Positions 25,544 through 39,239 of a stretch of 64,000 nucleotides of DNA are shown in pieces. Made by a program: the position numbers and the translations under genes. The DNA is from Carcharhinus amblyrhynchos (taxonomy: Eukaryota), in assembly GCA_965287045.1 (NCBI GenBank), contig OZ336870.1, forward strand, positions 148,056,001 through 148,120,000, given 5' to 3'. A model generated the notes under the pieces. The model did not search any database. It was not told the origin of the DNA and was given only the letters and a program-made list of their open reading frames with translations. Each line of letters opens with the position of its first letter. The first letter of the stretch is position 1.

Positions 25544-26054
25544 AGAGGAGACCCGAAGTGTGCAAAATTCTTACATGTCTTGACAAGGTAGATGTAGGAA
25601 GAATGTTTTCTCTGGTTGGTGGAGAGCAGCGGGGACGATCTAGAACTAGAGGGTGCAGTCTCTGAATAGGAGATTAGTAAGCAATTAAAGACCAAGTTGA
25701 AAAGCATCTTCAGTAAAGAGGTGGTGAATATTTGGAATTTTGTATCCCAGAGGTCTGTGGAGGTGCAGTCATTGAGAATGTTCAAAGCAGAGCCGATAGA
25801 TTTCTGGATACCCATGACTTCAAGGGATGTGGGGATAGAGTGGTGAGATGGAACATCAGCCAAGATCTAGTAAAATGGCAGAGCAGACTCAAGGGGTCAA
25901 ACGACCTCCTCCTGCTCCTATGTTTTTGTGCTTTTAAACAATGTTAAAAGTTTTCCTATGATTTCCCCTTCAATTTGTGTCAATGCTTATCTGTATTATT
26001 GTGCATCATGCTTATAATTTACTTCTAAAAATCATATTTACTTTGACGTTCCAG

Positions 26055-26292
26055 GTGATGCTAACTGCATAGACACACGGGGAGTGGAAGTTGCAATTAA
26101 ACAGCGTGTGGATGACTCATTAACTTCAAGGCTTCCAAATTTCTACATTGTCAGCAAACCGCAAATATGCCTGACAGAAACCGCATATCCTTGTCAACCA
26201 AATCCTATTCCTAAAACCCTCAGCCTCAACTGGTCTCAGTCGGATTGTTTGGTAGAAGTGGTGAATGGTGCAACTGGAAGGATTGCTGGAAG
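26055..26292 (+). CDS. ADAD1: ADAD1 coding exon
   Basis: ttccag/gtaata boundaries. Encodes (G)DANCIDTRGVEVAIKQRVDDSLTSRLPNFY...LSLNWSQSD...VVNGATGRIAG. Confidence 0.95.
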
Positions 26293-27644
26293 GTAATACC
26301 ATTAACTTACTATATTTCAGAAAATGCAGCTGGTGTGACATAATCAGTGGAGAGAGAAAGAATTAATATTTTGAGTATGTGTGCCTCTAAACGTTAACTG
26401 CTTCTCTCTCTATAGTTGCTGCTAGACCTGCTATATTTCCAGCATCTGTGGTATTTTGCTTTAATTATAATTCACTTTAGATTATCTTCTGGTGCAGTGG
26501 ATTTGCTCATTAAGAAGTACTAATGCCAGAATCTGAATTCTCGCTGCTTTTTAGTAGTGCAAGCTGTTCTCATGAGATCACTGGATATGTTAATTGCATA
26601 GTTTGCTGTTTTTCATTAGCTGGCATTATTAATTGACAACACTGGTAAACTGTGATTTGTGATTGAATACTACCTCTATGCCCCTCAACTTAAATCCCCA
26701 TTTCTCATTAATTCATACTGATATCAGAGCCCTACTCTCCTCCAGATACTTGTCACTATGTTCCAAGTATTTAAACTTATAAGCTGTTCTTGTTTTTGTT
26801 AGTGCTACTCTTTTTTTCAGCACTTGGATTCAGAGGTTTGTTTTTGAAGAGCTTCATGATGGTTGTTTTGTTTGTTTAAGTTTTATGCCCACTCAAGGAT
26901 TAAGGTTTTTTGAAGAGATTTTTGAATGGATATTTGATTTTTGCAGTATCGTGAGCATCTCAAATACTTGCTAATGTTATTACAGGGCTCATGAGTTCTG
27001 TCATTAGTGAGCTGGCATGGGGTTGCGGGCTAAGGTGCCTAACACTTGTGTAGAACTGGGCTGATGTCCTGGGGAACTGTGGCAGGCTGCCTAACCTGCC
27101 TGCCTAGGTATCTGTCAGCCTTTGTTCCCACCCTGAGTTTGCCCCTGGGGGCAGCAGTCCCAATGCAAAAATAGTGGAGGAAGGTACTGTTGGACAGGAG
27201 GTGAGATCATTGTGTGTTGGAGGTCTCCTGATTTGTGACTTCCCTCTTAAAGGGCATAGTCCAGCCAATGTAGTTCTGAATGGACTTCGATTACTTTATG
27301 CATATGGAGAATAAATGTCTGTCAGAATGTTCAGAAGAAATTGTCTGCAGTGGTTATCTTGATATTTATTTCAGCAGTTTTGTCAGATTTTGAGGACAAA
27401 TGTTACATAACAAAACACCTGAGTTTACAGGTTCTAGTAAAGAATAGGGTGTTTTAACCCCTTCTACCCCTCCAACTTGGTGAAAATCCTGGAGATAAAT
27501 TACAGCAGGGAACTTAGCCACTCAATTCCCAATCTGAATCATGGATTGCAATTTTTAATTGTAAATGGTAAGAAAACTCACATCTAGCCACTGATGTCCG
27601 CTATACAGATGTCAGTATCCACCGGAAACCTCTGACCTCGTCTA

Positions 27645-27755
27645 TGCCTGGAATTTTCCAGGCCTGCTGCAGTGAATGGCGTTTTGGCTGAGTGCCAAAT
27701 TCTCCATTCTCGCTGGCAGCCAGGGTGGGGTGAACGAGATTGGCAAATCCTGCCA
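27645..27755. mobile_element. short MITE-like element with imperfect terminal inverted repeats
   Basis: g-cctggaattttcca ... tggcaaatcctgcc ends, similar to Harbinger-type non-autonomous elements. Confidence 0.35.
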
Positions 27756-28839
27756 TGATGTCATCTGCTGTTTTAACCTAAAGGCTGAGCGGAAGACCAG
27801 TGGTGGCTTTCCCCACTTTTTCCCAGGGTAAAAAGTAATGAACAGTGGACAAAGCTGACCAGATTCTCCACATGATTGGTGCTGTAGACTGTTTTTAATG
27901 GAGCCATGAGCTATGCAACATTAGTAATGCTGCAAACAGCCTGGCAGGGAAGGGGTCCTGCCTAGTTATGTAAAAGAAAAATACTGTGCTGTGCTTCAAA
28001 AGATCTTTGGTTTCCAAAGTAACAGCTTTCTGATCTGTTGTCAATGCTTCCTTGCAATTTGGGCTTCAGTGTTGCTTGCTGTAGATTGGAGAATTTTTTT
28101 TTGGAAAATTAAACTTTAATCATAGAATTTCTAAAAGAATATCATTCTAAAATGCAAAGTGCAATAATCTTCAGGTTCTTTGTAAGTTACACTCTTGAGG
28201 TGCTTCAATACAGTCAAAGAAACATTGGAGACATTTCAAAATGGCCCTTATAAATAGTGCAAGGGTATTTAAAAGCTGTCTGCATTGTTCAAAATGCACT
28301 CCGAGGTGTTTCAGCACAACTGAGATGCATGTAATATTCATTGTATACATTCGGTGAAGATTGAAGAATATGTTTTACAAGGAATGGATGTTATACTATA
28401 CAATGTATAATGTCTTACGCAGCAGTGAATCTGTCTGGTACTAGAATGTTCCTTAAGGTCATAAGTACTGTTCCCTCTAGGCCATACCACAGCCTAAAAC
28501 TCACTGGGCAGGCTGCCGGCAAATTGGTCCATTTGTGTTACTGCCAGTGCAATGCAGCACAAAAAATTTAAAGGGACTTCTCCAAAAGAAAATTAAAGGA
28601 TATGTTGACCATGATGTTTAATCATTGAAGTCAGTTGACAGCTAATTGCTGTAAAACATCCTTTTCTGTTGCTTGAAAACTTTAGGGCAAAAGTTTGTTT
28701 CAAAAACTTCTATAACTGAAGTGTAAAGGAATTCTGTAGGCATTCGTTTTTCTTACAACCAGTGCTTACTGTTATTGCTAATGTTGTGTCAGGAATGGAT
28801 TGTTGGTTGTTTGTACAATAAATATTAGGCCAATTGGCC

Positions 28840-29680
28840 AAAAACTTTATTAAAGAAGTAGGTTTTAAGATGTGCCTTAAAGCAGTAAGGAGGGGTAGAT
28901 TTGGAACTATTTAAGATGGAAATTCCAGATTTTCAGGTCTAAGCAATTGAAGGCATAGCCACCAATTGTAGAGAAATTAGAATTGGAATGCTCAAGTAGC
29001 CAGAATTAGGTGAGAGCAACTATCTCTGAAGGTCGTGGGGCTAGAAGAAATTACAGGGATAGAGTGGACTGATGGAGGCAGTTGAAAACCAGCTTGAATG
29101 TGTCAAAATTGAGGTCATGATTGATTGCCAATTTGGTCAGCAAGCATAAAGGTGGTGGATGAATGGATCTTGATGCAAACAAAATATCAGGATGCAGAGT
29201 TTTAGATATGGGCAAGTTTACAGAAAGCAGTGTGTGTGAGGCCAACTGCAATTGTATTGTCATAGTCGAGAGGTGGCAAAGGCATGAATGAGGGTTTCAG
29301 CAAAAGATGTTGCAGAGATGGAAATAGGCAGTCTTAATAGCACAAATGTGTGATCAGACATTCATCTCAGGGTCAAGTATGGCAACAATGTTATTAATAG
29401 TTGGTTTTAATTTTAACTTGCCAACTAGAGGAATTAGTCATCAGGGAAAGGAGTTTGTAGTGGGAATGGTGTAGACTAAATGACAGATAGTTCCCGGTTT
29501 TCTCTTGCTCCCCTTTCTTGAATCTGATGCTGCTAACTTCCAATTTGCTAAGACTGGTCAAGAATCTAGCAAATTATAGAAAATCATAAGCAAAACATCG
29601 GTTATCTCTGCAGCTGCTTCTTTGAGAACCTGAGGATGTAGCCCATCAGGGCCTGTCACTTTATTGGCTCTTGGTTCAAG
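28840..29680 (-). mobile_element. highly degenerate LINE remnants (L2-like, then CR1)
   Basis: CR1 fragment VTGPDGLHPQVLKE at the end of ORF 29558-29941. The upstream part resembles an L2 3' region. Confidence 0.5.
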
Positions 29681-31032
29681 TTGCTCTATTGATAGATACT
29701 TTAATTTGCTCACTCTCATCTCCTTGGGCCAGGACTTTACGTTCCCATTCTTCCTGGTTGAGTTTGGTAATAGGAGCAGAAATTTTGTGGTAGGCCCAAA
29801 TCTTGTTTCACATAAGGGTGAAGTCTCAGCATGATTGTCACTGTCCCATGCCAATGAGGTAATGGGAATCTCAATGTTCAATGTCATTATAATGAATATG
29901 AATGTAATTGTCAGACCTCTATGCCTGATCAACCTCCCCATTTTAATCTGTTCATGTCAGAGTGCATCCTAGCATGAATTACAACTGGTCTCCCACAACT
30001 TGCATCTGGCGGGCAAACGTACCAGAGGAACTCAGATGAGTGCATTGCTTAGCAGAAATGGATCATGACAGGGCAATGCTGTGGGGTTCTATTTTAGCTT
30101 TTATACACTGGGGCCCAAAAAAATGCACCCTGATATTTAAAAGTACTAAGTTGCTGGCAGAATGGGCTCTGCCAGCATGAGATTGTGGAAGTGCCCTTTT
30201 CAATTTTCCTGAAATGTCCTTAATATTAAGGTAGAGAAAGCCACCATTGGTACAGTGACTTCAACCCCACTTTTGTGGCCTGCTGTCATGTTATGCAAAA
30301 CAAAAGGTAAAAGTCAATCCTTGATTGTCATCTAACTCTGCAACTTACTTTGTGTTCTTTACGTGTGAAGACAGACAAAATGTTTGTTCAAAGTTCTGCC
30401 ATTTCTTCATTCCCCGTGATGATTTCTGCCCTTATGAGACCAACTTTTACTTTAGCTAGTATGCTTTTAAAAGCTCCTCCAACCTTTGCTGTTTCCTGAC
30501 TTATTTAATCTCATTTTATTTTTTCCCCTTCCCATCAATGTTCTGGTCTCCCTTTGCTGGTTTCTACAGTACTCTCAATCTTCAGGCTTTCTATTATTCT
30601 TCTAAACCTTCTTTAATCTTTTGTTATTCTTAACTTCCTCAGTCAACTACGGGTGGATCTTCCTTGCTTAGTTTTTTATTTTTTAAAGAATATATTCATA
30701 GGAACATTTTTAAATAATGTTTCACTGCTTATTTGTCATACCTTTTCTGTCTTTTTATCCAATCAACCTCAACCAGCTCTTCTCTCAAACAAATGTATTT
30801 TATTTTGTTAAAAATCCAGTGCAGCCCTCCCTCCATGATACATACCACTCCAGTGGTTTGGGCAATAATTTGAAGCTGTTTCTAGTAAGATGAACTTGTA
30901 AGAATATGATGAATACATTTTAATCTACTGAAACAAACCCATCTTGAATCTTAAACTTATAGGCAATTCTTATGCACTGATTTTATTATTTTATTGTCTT
31001 TTCAAAAAAATGGTATTTGTTCTGTTTTTAAG

Positions 31033-31165
31033 CTCTCCATTTAAAAGTGGTACCTCCATGACCAGCCGCTTATGCAAAGCTGCCATGCTGAGTCGCTTTT
31101 ATCTTGTTGCAAAAGAAGCAAATAGAGAAGATTTGTCTACGGTTCCAACATATCATGCAGCAAAG
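31033..31165 (+). CDS. ADAD1: ADAD1 coding exon
   Basis: tttaag/gtaaag boundaries. Encodes [44 protein letters not shown]. Confidence 0.96.
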
Positions 31166-31821
31166 GTAAAGTTGCTTTCTGGTTGAGGAAACATCTCTCA
31201 GTCAAATGTACCCTAGCCTTTTCAGAAAAATATTGTTCGATTAAATTGTTTTAGGCTGCCACTCTAGACTCCATCCTTCTCCCTGCAATAGCAAGTTCAC
31301 AACCTTGCTGTCACATTTGATCCCAAGATAATCTCATATACATTACATTTTGAAGGTTTATTTCCACCCTACTCTCCCTTCATGCAGTGACTGGCAATTC
31401 CCAGCTTTTGTGTGTTCAGTTCCATAGATGGAGCAATTTCTTTGCTAAAGTTCATGTTGACTGAAAAGTCATTGCGCAAAAATAGTTCTTTCACCCACTG
31501 CCATTTCTAACTTAATAGCATTATTGGTACATCAAAGTTTGTCTGTCATTTGCTTGATATCTGTGTCTCTAGTTTCAACATGCAGTTTGTACCTATTGTA
31601 GTGGAAGTTATTTGCAAGTGGAGTGTCTGTTTGTATGGATTTCCTTGTAGGTTGGTTTGCTGTGCATTTGTTGGGCATTCAACATGATTAAAATCTCTAA
31701 TCTGCTTCTTTAACCAATTGAAATCACTGGTCTGTTTCTTTAAAGAAACTGATTTTAAAACTTTTACTTCAGATTTCCAGCATTCACTTTTTTATGTCTT
31801 TCAATTTTTCATTCCTTTCAG

Positions 31822-31938
31822 ATGATGGCAAAATCATATCAAGAAGCAAAAGCTTTGCTGAAATCATCTCTGGTGCATCATGGTTTTGGTACCTGGCTAG
31901 TCAAGAATCCAAATGCAGAAGTGTTCCATGTGCAATGA
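31822..31938 (+). CDS. ADAD1: ADAD1 terminal coding exon
   Basis: tttcag acceptor. Encodes MMAKSYQEAKALLKSSLVHHGFGTWLVKNPNAEVFHVQ* (ADAR C-terminal YQxAK...GxGxW motif). Candidate ATTAAA at 32051-32056. Confidence 0.95.
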   Translation: MMAKSYQEAKALLKSSLVHHGFGTWLVKNPNAEVFHVQ

Positions 31939-33604
31939 GGAGAAATGCTTGGGGAAAATCTTGATCATAAACTTGTACTGTTCCTCTTTTCACATCAGAA
32001 GCCTGCCTGCGTACTGTTGCATATTCTTTGCTGAAATATTGGGCAAAGAAATTAAAGTTTAGAATATCACTTTTGCTTTAGAGTAATGCATTCTTAAGAA
32101 TGCATTAACTCTTCGGAGTTATTGCTTACTGGCTAGCTTTGCATAAACACTGTGATGAAAAATGACATGTTATTAATGTTTGCTGTAAAGGTATTATGGC
32201 AAAAAAAACTAGGTAATATTGGACAAAATTCTAGCTATTATTTGATTGTGAAATAGACTATATGCAAAATCATATTTGGTTCATTGGTGCAGCATTGGAG
32301 TAGTTATAAGAGAGGTATATGGTCAACTTTAACTGACAACTGAAAACTGAATATTTGCCCTGCCTACATTTTAAAAATTGCACTGTTTGCACCAAAGACA
32401 CACTTGAAAATGTGTGGCTGAAAATGTGTATGTGGTTCAAAATAGGAGATTTGATTCATGTTAGAGTTTGATATTAAGCTTATTTTTCCATGATGTAGAA
32501 GTAGTGCACACATATTTTGACCTCAGATACACAAATGCAGTATCCTTCAAAGGTGCTAGATGATTAAATTTATTCAACCAGTGAAGAGTACACTAGAAAC
32601 TGAATGACTATTGGCCATTCTGCACATGTGCCTAGCTTCCACCAGGTACCCATAGTGGTACATTCATTGTAGAGAATAGCAAGTACTATCAAAACTCCCA
32701 CTGGTATGTTCAATTTTGAACTGCCTTTCACTTTCATTTTATTTCTTGCCTTTTCCAATGTATCTTCTCAGTTTCCCCAGCCCTTATTGGGAGATAATGG
32801 TTCCAGAAATGATTATATGAGAATGCTAATTCATGACTTATAAGGCTATTGAAACTGCTGTTACCAACATATGTTCTTGAGGAATGAAGAAGGATAATCA
32901 AACTGGTTGATTTGAACTTTTTATACCAATCTGATGGTCAAATTTAACCCAGTACCTTATGCTGTACACAACTAAAGCATAATGTTTAGAATATAATGAG
33001 ATATATCCATACACTATTTAGGCACCTCTTTTAGGTTACTTTCTATGTATAGTAATGACGTATTGAAGCAAGGCTGACAAATAATTTTCATGACCTTAAT
33101 ACAGTAGCTTGTTTACCTACTTGTGTTGTAAGTGAGCTGGAAAATGGAATTTTTGTTCTCTAAATTTGAGCACCTTCATCTTTATCCATCATTCCTTCCC
33201 TCAAAATTCCCTCCAAAAGACACATTTCTCTTGAGGACAGACAGCTTTGCAACTAAGCCATTGACATTATTGCTCTTGGGTGTCAAAGTACAAGTCAGCC
33301 TTGATATAATGCTCCCAATTTTCTCTTTCAATAGAAAAACCCACAAGTATTATTGAATTGCTATTGGTACAAAATATACATCATAATCTAAATTCTCCAT
33401 TCTGAATTGTAGTCTGTGCTGAAGCAAATATAAAAACTGGGAGGAATGATTATCCCATCGCACTTTGTTTAATCTGGGAGGATGGGAAATCAGATTGGTC
33501 ATCTGACAATAGGCAAGAGAGGAGGGGCAGCTGAACTGTGTACAAGTCGCATGGTTTTTAAAATGTCTTCCAGGTTTTAAGAAACCCTCCATCTGTTTCA
33601 GGTA

Positions 33605-33775
33605 CAAAAACAGAAAATGCTGGAAAATCTCAGCAGGTCTGACAGCATCTGCAGAGAGAACATAAAGTCAAAGTTTCAAATCTAGATGATCCTTTGTCAG
33701 ACTTGCTGAGATTTTCCAGGATTTTCTATTTTTATTCAGATTCAAGCATCCACAGCATTTTGTTTTTATCTCTGA
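33605..33775. repeat. Penelope-derived short inverted-repeat element
   Basis: aaaacagaaaatgctggaaaatctcagcaggtctgaca ... tgtcagacttgctgagattttccaggattttctatttt forms a ~38-bp imperfect stem. Related half-copies lie at ~26340-26460, 47030-47125 and 52620-52670. Confidence 0.65.
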
Positions 33776-35719
33776 TTCAGGTAATTGGATTGTTAGACAA
33801 TTTACAGGTAATCCTAAATATTGTAACAGGGACAGATCTTGAGCAGCAGTAGACAGGCCATAGTCTTGATTTTCAATTGTCAAGTTACCCATTTTCCATG
33901 TGAGAAACCGACAGCTGTTGAAATTCCTTCGTGCCACCTACTGTGTTTCACATCAGTTGAAGGTTAAGGAAATCAGAAAATTCTTCACTTTAGCATCCCT
34001 AAGTAATATATTGGTACTGACATCAGACTAAAATTGCCAATTATGGGTTCTCAAATACCCAAGGAATTGTAAAGGGAAGTGTTAACAAGAAATGCACACT
34101 TTTTGATAGCAAACCTAGTTGTAGGAAGAGAAAACAAGATATCTGAATTATGAGGGAGAGTAACAGAAAAATACAGCATTCGCACATGATTCGTTAATAC
34201 TTTCAAGTATCATAGAGCTCTAAAAATAAGCACAGTAGCATTGCAAAAGTGTATAAAATATTTTGACCTGAAGTATATTTGTACTTAAATCTTTAATACA
34301 CTGTGGAAAAATGATTTTGCTGCCCAGTTTTGATACGAGTGCTGCTGTCAGTAGCTCATCCTTGAACATTTAAAATTGAAATACCTTGTTGGAGCTTGAC
34401 CTAATTATGTGTTGTATGACTGTGTGCTGACTTTATATGTTCCATGATGGTTGGAAGCCAAAATTGCTTTTGGGGGAAATTCCTTTACAAGAAAGCTTAC
34501 TCTGGACAAATTCATTTATATACTTTAAAGCTAACACTAAATAATCAATGCTAAGTGCGCTTGCCCTGTTTTCCTTTATTGTCTTGTTTCTCTTTCTGAA
34601 TATAGCTTTGGATTTTATTTTAAATTTTAACCTTGCTCCCCCCACCTCCCCAATCCTTTTCTTTAGGTGTTTTCTCATTCCTAGGAATCAGTCCAGTTCC
34701 TAAGCAAAGGTATTTACCAAAGAGTGGTATCATTGACTGAACACTGACCATGAAGTCAATTGAAAGTCGAATGTATAACTATGTGGTTGCATCTACTACA
34801 CAACCAAGTCAATTCTTGATGTGTATTAAGGCAGACTTGCCACTGGGTCACTGAACGCAGCAGTGACCTGCAGAATCCTGTTGTGTTTAGATGAATAAAT
34901 GGTCACACTAAGTTCGGGTTGAAATAATAAATATAAAGAGAAAAAGAACAAGCAAGCAACTTTAGGAGGGGGAGATATTGTGAACAAAAATTAAAAATGT
35001 GAATCTTTAATTTTTTTTGTATAGAATTTCTGTTGAGCGAATGTATTTCTGAAATTTGAACAGCTTCATTACTGTAAGACTATTTTGGTTACAGTCAGTG
35101 AGTTTACGCAAGGTCCTTAATGTCTAACTTGAACAACTTGCAGTAAATGAAAGTTTGATTCAAAAATACAATTTTTGTGAGTCTTTTAGGTGTGCAAACA
35201 GTGCTTGTTTAAGTTTATCGGATTGCAATGACTGTCCAAAATAATTATGCCCTCTTATTGTCCTACCTCGAAGAGGGGGGGGATGATATAGTAATTGGAG
35301 GAGTTTGTTTCTTCTGGTAATTTGTTAATGTTTGATTTGTTGTGGCTAAATAAAATAGTTTGAAAAATAAGTGGTTGGCAGCTTTCCATTGTTATTTTCT
35401 TTTTTCCCCTCGCATTTAAGAATTAATCCATTTTGTAAGGCAACCTATTTGCATCACGTCACTCTCTGTTGTAGTTGGTCTGTTAGACTAATACAAGGTA
35501 TTCTTAAAACTGACCACCAAGACATTAAATGCCATAGTTCCAGAGGACCATAAGCTACTTTCCATTTTGAGACAGAACTGATTATTGATGATTTAACTTA
35601 GGATTCACCACATCTCAGACGGGGACTTGATAGCAGCCGGTGTGGGAATTGAACCCCTACTGTCAGCATTGCTCTGCATCACAAACCAACTGTCCAGAGC
35701 TGACAATGAGAAATTCAAA

Positions 35720-37620
35720 TTCTCCAAATCCTTGATTTGGTTTTAGGACATGTCAGCCAAAAAGGCAACAGGGTGGACCCACAGAAAACAAAAGCTAATA
35801 GCATATTCCTAAACCCATCCTTTAGTCCAGACCTCAAGATTCCTGGGAATGATAATCTGATAATTTTATCCAGTTTGGCACCTTCTCACGAAAGAACAGG
35901 AATTGTGCTGGGACACGAAGTGCAAGTATTAGTCTGCATCAGATCCAAAGCTGCTCTGAATTGATACTTTGTCCACAGAGCTCAGTGCAGTTTTGTTTCA
36001 GTATCAACTGAATAGGTGTCGCTAATCCGTATATTACTCATCCAAACATTTGTCAGACCAGGAAATGATGTGCCATGATTGGAAAAGAAGCTCTTGCAGT
36101 CTCATGAGCACGCATGAAGCTTTTGGGCTTCATTCTTGGCTAGTCATTATTGAATCTGACTGCAACCATTGCTAGATGAAAGGAGTTAAGCATGAACAAT
36201 GCCCTCCATCTGTTCCTCATGAGGTTTGGAAGAAAAACACTTTCCTACAGAAATGCAATTGACTTTCCAATGAAATGTGATGTCAATTGATTGAGGAGCT
36301 CCAATCATATTCCCAATTGATGGAATGATATAAGAACATAAGAAATAGGAGCAGGAGTAGGCCATCTGGCCCTTCGAGCCTGCCCCGCCATTCAATAAGA
36401 TCATGGCTGATCTGTCGTGGCTCAGTTCCACTTTCCCGCCCTCTCCCCATAACCCTTAATCCCCTCTCTTATCAAAAACCCATCAACCCGCTTCTTAAAA
36501 ATATTTAGCGAGGCAGCCTCCACCACTTCAACGGGCAGAGAATTCCAGAGATTCACCACCCTTTGAGTGAAGAAGTTCCTCCTCAACTCTGTTCTAAACC
36601 GCCCCCCCTTTATCTTGAGGCTGTGCCCCCTAGTCCTACTGTCTTTTTTGAGCGGGAAGAGTCTCTCCACCTCTATCCTATCCATCCCATTCATCATCTT
36701 ATACGTCTCAATGAGATCTCCCCTCATTCTTCTAAACTCTAACGAGTACAAGCCTAGTTTATTCAGCCTCTCCTCATAGCTCAACCCCCTCAACTCCGGT
36801 ATCAGCCTAGTAAACCTCCTCTGCACTCCCTCCAGGGCCAAAATATCCTTGCGCAGGTGCGGCGCCCAAAACTGCACACAGTACTCCAGCTGCGGCCTCA
36901 CCAATGCCCTATACAGCTGCAGCAAGACCTCCCTACTTTTATATTCAATCCCCCTCGCTATGAAGGCCAGCATCCCATTTGCCTTCCTGACCACCTGCTG
37001 CACCTGCAGGCTGGGTTTTTGCGACTCATGCACAAGGACCCCGAGGTCCCTCTGCACCGTCGCCTGCTGCAGTTTTTCGCCACGTAAGTAATATCTGCCA
37101 GCTATCACAGGAAAACTCCAGCAATTCCACCTGGGACAAATGTGTGTTGAGGAGTGTACTGATATCCACCATTACTATCAAGAAAGGTGGTCAGAGTTCA
37201 GACTGAATGGTAGTTCAGTGAAGACTTGGTTTGAACAACAGAAGCACATTACCATCATCAACGATTTGGTTTGTGAGTGGTCATTTCAGTCTCTCATTGG
37301 CTGGAGATGCTCTGAAATATGCACTAAGGACACTGGGGCATTACCAAATGCAGGGCAATGGTCAGATCTACATTGTGATGGTCACGTATTTCAAGAACAA
37401 TTGTGGACATCCTAGGATACGTGTATGCACATGCGTGCATGTGTGTGCCATGCAAGTTGGACTAAAGGGAGCTCCTTATTCCCATACCATTCTCAACCAG
37501 GCCATGGGAATGTTTGAGCATCAATTTAATTCAATGGCAGATCCTTCCTCATTGTGATGGACCATTTCTCATGATGGATTCCAGTGAAGCAAAAGCATAC
37601 TAAAACCACAGAGGTGAGAA
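35720..37620 (+). mobile_element. Gypsy pol remnant (RT/RNase H/integrase), split by a CR1
   Basis: LGHVSQKGNRVDPQKTKA and CAMIGKEALAVS (RNase H, cf. YAxIEKEALA). Degenerate sequence continues after 37100. Confidence 0.6.
36330..37096 (-). mobile_element. young CR1 3' fragment
   Basis: ORF 36422-37108 is nearly identical to the C-terminus of ORF 5892-7724. Tail ataagaacataagaa. Confidence 0.97.
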
Positions 37621-37954
37621 TATTGAGGAAGATGTCATTAGATTAAAATCCTGGAACTCCCACAGCAGAGTGGGTGTATCTCCATCACATGGACTGCAGA
37701 GATTCAAGAAGGGAGTTCACAACCACCTTCTCAAGGGCAATTAGTGATGGACAATAGATACTGGCCTAGCCAGCAACACTCACATCCCATGAATTAATTT
37801 TAAAAAATGTTTGTGAACTATGACACCCTGAACCAAATAGTGTTGGGTAACAGTCAATTATTTGTAAACAAATAATTCACTTACAGCAGAGATAGCAAAG
37901 GCATTGTTAGACCATTTTATTCAATAAATATAGTGCCAGAGGACTGATATCTAA

Positions 37955-38720
37955 ATATTGGAATACAATGTGGAAAAGTAAGGTGTTATGCACTGTGGAA
38001 GAAGGAATGGAAGCCTAGACTATTTTCTAAATGGGGAAATGCTTAGGAAATCAGAAGCACTGAAGGATCTGGGAGTCCTTGTTCAAGATTCTCTTGAAAT
38101 TAATGTCCAGGTTCAGTCAACAGTTAGGAAGGCAAATGCAGTGTTAGCATTCATGTCAAAAGGGCTAGAATACAAGAGCAGGGATGCACTTCTGAGGCCG
38201 TATAAGATTTGGTCAGACACCCTTTGAGTATTGTGAGCAGTTTTGGCCCTGTAAGTAAGGAAGGATGTGCTGGCCTTGAAAAGGGTCCAGAGGTGGTTCA
38301 CAAGAACGATCCCTGGAATGTGGAGCTTGTCGTGTGAGGAACAGTTGACGATTCTGGGTCTGTACTTGGAGTTTAGATGAGTGAGATGGGATCTTGTTGA
38401 AACTTACAGGATACTGTAAGGCCTGGACATGGAGAGGGTGTTTCCGCTAGTGAGGAAAAACTAGAACTAGAGAGCACAATCTCAGGCTAAAGGGATGATT
38501 CTTTAAAACAGAGATGAGGGGGAATTTCTTCAGCCAGAGTGGTGAATCTCTGGAACTCTTTAAGACCAAGATAGGTAGATTCTTGATTAATAAGGGGATC
38601 AGGGGTTATGGGGGAAAAGGCAGGAGAAAGGGGATGAGAAATATATCTTCCATGATTGAATACTGGAGAAGACTCGATGGGCTGGGTAATCAATTTATGC
38701 TACTATGTCTTATGGTCTAA
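37955..38720 (+). mobile_element. degenerate CR1 3' fragment
   Basis: KDLGVLV...RKANAVLAFMSKGLEYKSR. 3' tail at ~38710. Confidence 0.9.
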
Positions 38721-39239
38721 TATTATACCTCTATTTAAGTAGAATAGAACATCCTGAGGGCAGATTGGAACAACCAGCTTAACTTCAGTGATAGGAATAA
38801 TAATGGAATATCACTAAAAGAGAATAGAAAGAAAGCTGGAAACCAAAAGAATAGTAAATAGTCAGCATTTCAAAAAGGCCAGTCAATGCAAGAGTGATGA
38901 ATTCTTTGTAGAGATTACAGAGCAAACAAGATAATGTGGTAGACTTAAGGTCTTTAAGATAACACATGGACTAATAAATAAGGTCAGAGTTAGGTGGCAA
39001 GTTGCAGGGTGGATAGCTAGCTGATTGCAAGACAGCAGGAGGTAAAGGGAAATGTTTTTTAAGATGACAATGTGATCCCAGAAGGATCAGGTCTGGGACC
39101 ATTACATATCATAATGTGCATTAATAATTTAAACATTGGAAACAAAAGCACAATTTTTCAATTTTCAGGCAATGTCAAATGCCAATAGTGAAGAGGACTG
39201 ATACAAATTACATTAATAACTCACACAATTTGAGTCATG

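Larger units (their letters stand above)
23990..25925 (+). mobile_element. degenerate CR1 3' half hosting a SINE and a solo LTR
   Basis: FTDDTK, RKTNGMLTFIARGIEYRSK fragments and CR1 3' tail at ~25900. Confidence 0.85.
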
